IMG/VR virus record: IMGVR_UViG_2974672511_000001 | Coordinates: 1 to 12,918 of that record | Reading direction: 5' to 3' (one strand) | Source of the DNA: a virus | Lineage: Duplodnaviria > Heunggongvirae > Uroviricota > Caudoviricetes > Schitoviridae | Length of the DNA: 12,918 nt | Part shown: positions 5,851-12,918 of the stretch, piece after piece | Numbering within the stretch: position 1 is the stretch's first letter | Layout of the letters: every line of letters begins with the position of its first letter | Notes under the pieces: generated by a model | Databases searched by the model: none | What the model was told of the DNA's origin: nothing | What the model saw: the letters and a program-made list of their open reading frames with translations, nothing else | Translations under genes and position numbers: made by a program

Positions 5851-8519
5851 ATAGTGGTTCACCTACTGCAATAGTGGGTAGATATATAAATACAGCATAT
5901 GACAATGTTAAGTTAGTGGCAGATAATATTGATGTAGTAATTGAAGTAGGTGATAACTTAGATAACTCACTTAAGTATTTAGGGGCTGCTACTGTTGCGC
6001 CTACAGAACGTCTAGATGGTAATCCAATAGAGGATGGTGATTATTTCTTCGATACTAACTTAAATGGTTTAACATACTATAAGGCTTTAGACTCAACATG
6101 GTTTACTATAGATCCTTCTGTTGTACTAGATGCCGCTGATGCAGCCGTACAGGCAGCTACAGACTCGTCTGATAGTGCTACCGCATCTACAGAGCAAGCT
6201 GTTATATCTACAGCACAGGCAGTGATTGCTACTGAACAAGCTACCATATCAACCGAGCAAGCAGTACTTGCTGCAGCTTCTGCACAATATGCAGAGGATG
6301 TCTCTCTCAATGACTTGGAGGCTATAACTAGATCACTTAATATATTAGATTCAGATATTATTTATGACACTGACACGGTAACACCGATTCCATCATATAT
6401 TTACTCGGTATCACAGCAAAAAACTTACTCCGTACCTGCTGGTGCAATAGGTAAAACTATTGTTAGTGTTGTTGGTGATGTTCTGGAGACTAGCGGTGGT
6501 AGTTATACGCTTAACATGGTGGTTACTGGACGGGTAAATAAAAGCGAATCTGAAATCGTAGCCGGTACACCTGCTGTAGGTGAAATGTGGTTTAACACCA
6601 CTGACAGTACGATTCACATGGGCGACGGTATAACTCTTGGCGGCATTAAATACCTTAATGAGAGCACAGCCAAAGTGGTCTACAAGAAAGTAGGTGCTGA
6701 CTCTGCGGTTCAGAACATGATTGATGGCTTACCTGCTGTTGCGAAAGAAGGTGACACTGTATCTACAGGTAACACTGACTGGAAGATTGTTGCTAACCAA
6801 CCTAATACCTTTGTACAACTAGATTCAGGGCTGTATGCTATACCACTTAATGGTGTTCATGTTGATGATTTTGGTGCAACGGCTTATGACGGTGACTGGA
6901 CTGTTGATACTGAAAGTCGCGTTGATTCTACCGAAATGGTTAACCAAGCGCTAGATACAGGCGGAACAGTGGTACTAGGCTACGGCACGTATTTATTCAC
7001 AGATGAATTATTAATGTTTACGTTAGGTCAAACAATGCGTGGACAGGGCGGGGGTAAATATGAGGGGGGTATTAACTACAAATTACGAAGCGGTTGGAAA
7101 ACGCGCCTGTTTTTCCACGGCTCACCAACTAAATACACTAAAACTAGACGAAATGCACGCTCGTCCTCTTCTGATCCTGTTGATACTCCAACTGCGGTAG
7201 GTGTAAATATTCAGCAAGAGCAAGTTACCTTACAAGGCGTTTTTGTTGACTTGTCGTGTGATTACACAAATGCATCACCATCAAATTTAGGTGCTGATTA
7301 TGACGTAGGTATTAATATCGGTTGCCGTCTATCCTCTGCGCTGCTAAATGTGAATGTGCGCGGTTATTGGAGACAAGCAGGCGTGTTGCTTGATGTTACG
7401 CGCCTAGGTTCGATTGGTGAATTCTCAACGCCAGGGGGTAGAGAGTACCCTTCTACTGGAGCAAACGGTGCAGATAAATGCCGTATTGACCGCTGTGTGT
7501 TTGGTGGACAAAAAGGGCTCTTTGTGGCTGGTCCAATTAAAAATGGGCTGGGTACATACTACGATGATGTAGCAGGGCTGGTTTCTGATGGTCGAGGTGG
7601 TTACGGTGCATCGGACTTACTAGCTACACAATCATACTTCTACGGGCGAGATCATCATTCCGGCTACCGCGCTTATGACGCGCCTATTGATAGTGGCACA
7701 GGTACGCTTAACCCTGAACTTGTTGATGTGAACATGCTTTCAGCGCCATTAGTTATAGATGCGTCTAGAGGTTCAGATTCTCAGCCCCGGGTTCGTCGTT
7801 TGAAATTTGACGCTTGCCGTTTTGTTACTATTGAAGCAGCTAGAATATTTATAGACAGGGCTCACGAGGTTGTATTTGATTTTCCGACAACTGAGTCATT
7901 ATCTGGAACTGTGTATTCAACAGGTGGAGCGGTTGTCGATCAGTACGATTACTATATTTCGTCATTTAAAGATATCGCATGTAAACCTACTGATTGGGAC
8001 GGGGCAGGGACAGGTGCGACTAGAATATCATTTTTGGAGTCTGCTGGATTTCCATTCTCACGTTATTTTGAAGATGTGGTTTATCAGTATCGCTTAACGA
8101 TTACGGGCAGACAAGAACCCGAAGAACAAGAGCAAACAGCGGAGCTGTCATTCCTATTCGGAGGTGGCTCAGAAGTATTCACAACTAATAGACTTATTTA
8201 TATGTCAAGCGGCACGTTAACAACGATGTCTGTAGCTATTGCATTTTCTGGTGTTGATACAGCAGATTTATCAACCGTTACGCTCACAGCTCCCATAAAG
8301 GTTGGTGATAATGGCATTTTAAATATCGACCCTGTAAAATCTACAGCGCTTAACTTTTCCGATGGGGATGAGTATAGAATGCGTGTAATTGATACTGCCA
8401 CATATCTTCGACTTGAGATAGATAAAAATGGATCACCTATCACCTATCACTCAGGTGATATCAACGAGAGCGGCTCGATAGTGGCGTGCGGTATTGCCAG
8501 CGATAGTGGGTTCTCATAG
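5841..8519 (+). CDS. Receptor-binding protein 1: tailspike with N4-type anchor and pectate-lyase-like beta-helix (putative depolymerase), 892 aa
   Basis: AAGGAG SD, 10-nt overlap with the gp67-like gene; YINTAYDNVK anchor, heptad stalk, Mtd_N-like GE.WF.T.....GDG.T.GG, then VHVDDFGA...DST..VNQALD..GTV.L..GTY beta-helix cap. Confidence 0.85.
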   Translation: MGINSGSPTAIVGRYINTAYDNVKLVADNIDVVIEVGDNLDNSLKYLGAATVAPTERLDGNPIEDGDYFFDTNLNGLTYYKALDSTWFTIDPSVVLDAADAAVQAATDSSDSATASTEQAVISTAQAVIATEQATISTEQAVLAAASAQYAEDVSLNDLEAITRSLNILDSDIIYDTDTVTPIPSYIYSVSQQKTYSVPAGAIGKTIVSVVGDVLETSGGSYTLNMVVTGRVNKSESEIVAGTPAVGEMWFNTTDSTIHMGDGITLGGIKYLNESTAKVVYKKVGADSAVQNMIDGLPAVAKEGDTVSTGNTDWKIVANQPNTFVQLDSGLYAIPLNGVHVDDFGATAYDGDWTVDTESRVDSTEMVNQALDTGGTVVLGYGTYLFTDELLMFTLGQTMRGQGGGKYEGGINYKLRSGWKTRLFFHGSPTKYTKTRRNARSSSSDPVDTPTAVGVNIQQEQVTLQGVFVDLSCDYTNASPSNLGADYDVGINIGCRLSSALLNVNVRGYWRQAGVLLDVTRLGSIGEFSTPGGREYPSTGANGADKCRIDRCVFGGQKGLFVAGPIKNGLGTYYDDVAGLVSDGRGGYGASDLLATQSYFYGRDHHSGYRAYDAPIDSGTGTLNPELVDVNMLSAPLVIDASRGSDSQPRVRRLKFDACRFVTIEAARIFIDRAHEVVFDFPTTESLSGTVYSTGGAVVDQYDYYISSFKDIACKPTDWDGAGTGATRISFLESAGFPFSRYFEDVVYQYRLTITGRQEPEEQEQTAELSFLFGGGSEVFTTNRLIYMSSGTLTTMSVAIAFSGVDTADLSTVTLTAPIKVGDNGILNIDPVKSTALNFSDGDEYRMRVIDTATYLRLEIDKNGSPITYHSGDINESGSIVACGIASDSGFS
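6186..6269 (+). repeat. Four 21-nt in-frame repeats (STEQAVI-type heptads, coiled-coil stalk of RBP1)
   Basis: STEQAVI / STAQAVI / ATEQATI / STEQAVL. Confidence 0.85.
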
Positions 8520-8528
8520 GTAGTAGTT

Positions 8529-8564
8529 GATATCGTGGCTTCTTATAAGGTCACGATATCTTTT
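8529..8564 (+). terminator. Probable intrinsic terminator after RBP1
   Basis: GATATCGTG...CACGATATC, extendable to 13 bp with two G-U pairs, followed by TTTT. Confidence 0.65.
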
Positions 8565-8639
8565 ACGTTCTAACTATCCAAAGCATTTTGAACTAAGTGC
8601 ATGATCGTTAACTCGTGACCGCGTGATAGGTCGCGGTAT

Positions 8640-8669
8640 TTGCTAACATATTTAATAACTACCTATAAC
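8640..8669 (+). promoter_or_regulatory. Candidate sigma70 promoter TTGCTA-N18-TATAAC for RBP2
   Basis: Hexamers at 8640-8645 and 8664-8669, downstream of the terminator and about 45 nt upstream of the RBP2 start. Confidence 0.45.
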
Positions 8670-8714
8670 CTAAGCATTGCTTACTAACGTTTAACAAATT
8701 ATTAAGGAGAAACA

Positions 8715-11700
8715 ATGAGTAGAACATCAATTTTTAGTGGCCCCGGTAGTCCTACCGCAGAGACAGCCACTTATATTAATACATCTTACGACAACGTTAA
8801 GGTGGTCTCTGACAACATAGAGGACGTACTTATAGTAGCTACAGCTATTACAAACGGAGATCTTGATTCAGTTTTTGACAACATAGATTCTGTGATACTT
8901 GTTGCTGCGGATATTACATCTGTAGTTGCAGTAGCGGATGAGCTACCTGAACTGTTAGCGGTATCTGGTGCATTACCTGAACTGCAAATAATATATGACA
9001 ATATGGATGCCTTGCTTTTAGTGTATGCTAATTTAACTATGCTGCAGGTTATCGCAGATAATATGGAACTTCTTGAAGAAGTGGCAGCAAATATTCCTTA
9101 CTCCCTTAAGTACTTGGGGGCACATATCGATCCTCCTACTGCACGACTGGATGGAAGTGACCTAGAAGACGGGGATTATTATTTTGACTCTGATGCTTCA
9201 GCATTAGTATATTACCAGTTATCAGATGACTCTTGGTTCCATGTTGATCCAGGTGAGGTTTTATTAGCTCGTGACGAGACTATTGCTTTACGTGATGAAA
9301 CCATAGGGTTACGTGATACAACAGAAGGTCTGAAAGACACTACTGAAGTACTTAAGGATGATGCTAGCGATTACGCTGATAAAGCAGAAGAGGAGGCAGA
9401 CAGGGCTGAGAGTGCTGCAAGTATTCTAGTACTAGCTAGTCATGCCATGACTAAAGCTGAGTTCTTTGCTAATGCAGAACAACGCAAACGTGACAATGCA
9501 GGTAGTGGATTCTTGGAGTGTGGGAAGCATCGGTCAGGGAGAGTACCAATCAACCAAGGCTTATATAATTCAAGCGTACCTACTCTAGCTAACAGTCTAT
9601 ATCTTGGTAATGGCAACCTGTCTGAGGATACAAGTTCATTATCACGAACAGAGTACCCTCTTGCAGTAGTAGATGGAGTGATGCATCGTATAGACCAAGT
9701 TGCTCATACAGGCTTAGACTATCAGCGTAATGTAATCAAATTCCCCGATGCAGAGCAGGGTACTCGTTCATACGATACAGCAACAGGTGAAGTAATTGAT
9801 TACCTAACTGATGTTGACCCTAAATATGGTGATGTGGCTAGTGACTTGAATGAAGCGGTTGCAAGGAACTTTGAGGGTAGTGTTAAGAATGGTGATTTTA
9901 GGTTTGGTGATGATGGGAATTGGAACGTAAATGAAAATGCGTCAATATCCACAGATGGTATTTTATTATATGCCGTAGATGATTCGGTATTTTCATATGC
10001 TACCCAAACTATTGTAAATTCAGAAACAGAGGTTGAATATGAAATTGAATTCTATGCTGATGTACGTTTAGGTGCTTTTAGTCTTGCCTACAGAGATAAT
10101 ACAACAGTTTATATAGCTCAAGACGTAACAGAGTCGGGTACTCATAAATATAGATTTACTATAGATGCTGCTAACCCTAATGCGTATATACGTTTTAGTA
10201 GACAGACTGGGTATGATACATATGATATGTCATTTACTAATATCTCTATGCGCAAAGTAACCAACCAACCAATTCTCTCTCGTCAAGATTACTGTTTCTT
10301 AGAAACATTTCATGAAGTAATTTCTGACAAAGGTGTAGTGTTCCCATTGGGTAACGTACAGTATGGCGCAAATGCTTATGAAGGTATTCCACTACAAGCA
10401 ACCAATACGCTACAAGGTTACTCAGCCTTTGGTGAGTGGGATAGTGAAACAGTTGGTTATTCTGCTGTATGGGCTAACTTAACTGCTGAACATCAAAAAG
10501 TATTCTTAGATGATCCCGATAACAACTTGTACTTTGATGCAGGAGCTAATGAGTTAATTCAGGTTCGTTATCGTGTACGTGTTATTGAGGGTGTTGGTGA
10601 TAATTGGGAGAATGTGTCGCAAGGTCGCTATACAGGTGACGGGTACATGGCATATAAAACTGGCTTTTCATACCCAAACCTAGTTAATCCACAAGGTCAG
10701 CAGGACATTACAGGAGGGTTGGGACTGTCTGCAGGTGGGGTATTTGATAGTATACACACGGCACAGGCACATACACAATCCCCTTTAATAGATGGGGGAT
10801 ATGCTATTCGAAACACATCTATACCTGTTGGGCATAATCAACTTTGCTTCGCTCTACCCCTCTGTCTTGTACAACGTGGAAACCAAGGTGCATACCACCC
10901 TGTTTATAATTCTGATGGTTGTGCAAAATTCCGTTCATCTACGCTAGTTTCACAAAATAATTGGTATGATAATAACGCATATCAACCAACCTCGAAGGGT
11001 GAGTGTTTCAATAGAGGTCCTTCTGGTTTTCCCGTTGCAATAGATACGGGTTATATAGGACAACCCACAGGTCGCTCAGACCAGTATGAGTTCTATGATG
11101 CAATCTACGCAGGACAGGTACAAGACCTATGTCTAAATGCTAATAAGCAAGATGCTAATCGTTTACTAGAAGATAGTATTCGTAAAGCTGTTGCAGGGGA
11201 AACTCGCGGTGTTGGTAAGGTTCCTTTCTCCACTGTGTACGATGATGCAGGGAGTGGTGGTAGTAGTAGTGCAGATCTACTCTGGGCTATGAATGTAAAC
11301 AGTGACTACCTGACTATGTACGCGGATTTCTCAACCAAGAATGTGGTAAGTGGGGACTGGTGCATTTTATACGATGCAACACTAGAGTTCGCATTAAGGA
11401 TGCGTATGGATGTAATAGGGTCTACAGGAGATACAATTCGACGTACCAATATGACAGGTACTCAAGGATTGGACTGGGAGGTGTTGTTTGGTACATTCGA
11501 CATTACGGAGGCAACTAACGGTACAGGTAACGAAGTCTACTACATTCTTGAGAAGGAACTCACTCCTGAATACGATTCTCTACCTTGGGTAGATATCATT
11601 GGTTCACCTGAAAATATCCTAGCTACGTTCCCTAATGGTGTTATTGGGCAGTGGATTCCTCAGTTACCTGACGGTACTTCTCAAAAGTATAGTCTTAATA

Positions 11701-12362
11701 AGAAACTTGCATCAGGTAACTTAGTGCGTATTAAAAAAGACTCACTTGATGATACTTGGGATTATCTGGTAGTAACTTTCAATGAATCCATGAATACGAC
11801 TGTCGTGACCTCTGCTTCTGACTCCATAGTGTTACTCCATTACGAAACACTCTCTGATTTCACCGAACCAGATTTTAATGGCGTGGTTTATGGTGATTTA
11901 GGTGATGTATTTGCAGCTCAAGACTACCGTGTTGATGTGGGCAGTAGGCTAAATAGCTCATTATTAAACACTGTGATTGTTGGAGATGTCCGTAGATTCA
12001 GAACAGTGAGTCTTCTAGGGAGTGCTCTTGAATCGCAAGCAGGTCATGTACATAAAGGTAAGCTAATTATGTCTGCAGCATATGCACCTGAACATGCACC
12101 TTTAGAACACTTAGAACCCCCAGTAGATGGAAACACTGCATTTAAATCCCTGTACGGGTTAACGGTTAAAGATGGGCTTATCTATCCTATATATTGGGGT
12201 AGACAGCTTGTGTATACTATTGATAATTGGGGAGATGATAATACAGTGCCTGTAAATCATAGCGATTACACCATGACTGACTTGAATGGTGTTACTGTTA
12301 AGGCATTCTGCCATATAGGAAAGAACCCTATTGGTATTGCTGATTACACCCAAACTAACTAA
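8715..12362 (+). CDS. Receptor-binding protein 2: long tail fibre with N4-type anchor, coiled-coil stalk and CBM-like domain, 1215 aa
   Basis: AAGGAG SD; N-terminal blocks homologous to RBP1; heptad repeats; NGDF...W jelly-roll segment (9882-10259); MTKAEFFA.AE.RKRD.AGSGF and C-terminal WGDD...TDLNG..V...CH motifs recalled from Vibrio-type phage fibres. Confidence 0.85.
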   Translation: MSRTSIFSGPGSPTAETATYINTSYDNVKVVSDNIEDVLIVATAITNGDLDSVFDNIDSVILVAADITSVVAVADELPELLAVSGALPELQIIYDNMDALLLVYANLTMLQVIADNMELLEEVAANIPYSLKYLGAHIDPPTARLDGSDLEDGDYYFDSDASALVYYQLSDDSWFHVDPGEVLLARDETIALRDETIGLRDTTEGLKDTTEVLKDDASDYADKAEEEADRAESAASILVLASHAMTKAEFFANAEQRKRDNAGSGFLECGKHRSGRVPINQGLYNSSVPTLANSLYLGNGNLSEDTSSLSRTEYPLAVVDGVMHRIDQVAHTGLDYQRNVIKFPDAEQGTRSYDTATGEVIDYLTDVDPKYGDVASDLNEAVARNFEGSVKNGDFRFGDDGNWNVNENASISTDGILLYAVDDSVFSYATQTIVNSETEVEYEIEFYADVRLGAFSLAYRDNTTVYIAQDVTESGTHKYRFTIDAANPNAYIRFSRQTGYDTYDMSFTNISMRKVTNQPILSRQDYCFLETFHEVISDKGVVFPLGNVQYGANAYEGIPLQATNTLQGYSAFGEWDSETVGYSAVWANLTAEHQKVFLDDPDNNLYFDAGANELIQVRYRVRVIEGVGDNWENVSQGRYTGDGYMAYKTGFSYPNLVNPQGQQDITGGLGLSAGGVFDSIHTAQAHTQSPLIDGGYAIRNTSIPVGHNQLCFALPLCLVQRGNQGAYHPVYNSDGCAKFRSSTLVSQNNWYDNNAYQPTSKGECFNRGPSGFPVAIDTGYIGQPTGRSDQYEFYDAIYAGQVQDLCLNANKQDANRLLEDSIRKAVAGETRGVGKVPFSTVYDDAGSGGSSSADLLWAMNVNSDYLTMYADFSTKNVVSGDWCILYDATLEFALRMRMDVIGSTGDTIRRTNMTGTQGLDWEVLFGTFDITEATNGTGNEVYYILEKELTPEYDSLPWVDIIGSPENILATFPNGVIGQWIPQLPDGTSQKYSLNKKLASGNLVRIKKDSLDDTWDYLVVTFNESMNTTVVTSASDSIVLLHYETLSDFTEPDFNGVVYGDLGDVFAAQDYRVDVGSRLNSSLLNTVIVGDVRRFRTVSLLGSALESQAGHVHKGKLIMSAAYAPEHAPLEHLEPPVDGNTAFKSLYGLTVKDGLIYPIYWGRQLVYTIDNWGDDNTVPVNHSDYTMTDLNGVTVKAFCHIGKNPIGIADYTQTN
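8805..9101 (+). repeat. Ten tandem ~10-aa (30-nt) degenerate repeats in the RBP2 stalk
   Basis: Units start at V31, V41, V53, V63, V73, V83, I93, V103, I113, V123 (consensus V.DN[IL]..[VL]..). Confidence 0.8.
9267..9371 (+). repeat. Five heptad repeats (LRDETIG-type) in RBP2
   Basis: ARDETIA / LRDETIG / LRDTTEG / LKDTTEV / LKDDASD. Confidence 0.8.
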
Positions 12363-12397
12363 TGGAGATTGGGGGAGTAATCCCTCTCTAATAAAAT

Positions 12398-12918
12398 ATG
12401 TTTAATGAAACACAAGGTTATGTAAAAGATTTACCTGTAGTGATGCAACCCTTCTATCAAGATGAGTTACGTCGTGAACCTACAGGTGAACAGATTGAAG
12501 AAACCTACATTGGTTTTGATGCAGATGGTAATAAAGTTGAATTGGTTCGTATGGTTGATGAATATGTTGATGTTAACTACGTAGTAGAAAAACCTCGATA
12601 TGATCTGAAGTCATGGGATTATGTTGAGAAAGCTCAAAACTACGAAGCTAAGATTAACGGTATCTATAAAGCATGTGAGGCTGAACAGTGGGCTTACCAT
12701 GATGAATACGTTGAATGGTACTTTAGACCTGAACCTAAACGTGCTCAAGATGAGAATGGCCAGTTCATTGGTGACGATCCTGAAACTCCTGAGAATGAAG
12801 CTTGGGAGAATGGTTTTACTCCTGAAATGTATGATGCCCAACCTGAACCGATTGATACTTCTACTAAACCTGAACCGGTTATTGAAGAATTGCACCAAGA
12901 GTTAGCTATTCAAACCCG
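12398..12918 (+). CDS. Acidic fibre-associated protein (possible assembly chaperone), partial at 3' end
   Basis: Frame open from ATG 12398 (MFNETQGYVKDLPVVMQPFY...) to the window edge with phage-like codon usage, immediately after RBP2; no close SD, so the start is uncertain. Confidence 0.7.
   Translation, partial: MFNETQGYVKDLPVVMQPFYQDELRREPTGEQIEETYIGFDADGNKVELVRMVDEYVDVNYVVEKPRYDLKSWDYVEKAQNYEAKINGIYKACEAEQWAYHDEYVEWYFRPEPKRAQDENGQFIGDDPETPENEAWENGFTPEMYDAQPEPIDTSTKPEPVIEELHQELAIQT

Noticed and set aside
6567-6650. Mtd_N-like segment suggesting a diversity-generating retroelement
   Set aside because: No reverse transcriptase, no template/variable repeat pair and no C-type-lectin-like C-terminus in the window; Mtd_N-like segments are common in ordinary fibres.
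6077-12905. Shadow ORFs 6077-6310, 6411-6617, 7870-8097, 8198-8443, 8786-9001, 12159-12353, 12611-12898, 12621-12905
   Set aside because: All overlap RBP1, RBP2 or the 12398 frame; their Ser/Ala/Leu-rich composition is what the sense-strand codon bias produces.

Overview
Phage DNA with the gene order of the late/packaging end of an N4-like podovirus (Schitoviridae). The + strand carries a gp69-like putative small terminase, three small coupled genes, the large terminase (gp68-like), a lipoprotein plus PLA2-like gene pair, a gp67-like virion adaptor, two large receptor-binding proteins and the start of a fibre-associated gene. The - strand carries a self-contained sigma70 promoter > ClpP-like protease > 108-aa ORF > terminator cassette. 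Left of this is a ~195-nt non-coding region (G10 tract, hairpins), followed by the start of a leftward early-type gene, which is where the genome ends are expected in N4-like phages. The fibre motifs resemble those I recall from marine Vibrio-type phages, so the host assignment is inference only. The most notable observations are the lipoprotein + phospholipase-A2-like module, the stand-alone ClpP cassette behind overlapping divergent promoters, two RBPs sharing one anchor but differing by eight 10-residue stalk repeats, a G10 tract filling a promoter spacer, and an uncalled 36-aa zinc-ribbon gene coupled to terL. All family assignments come from motif recognition, not database searches.
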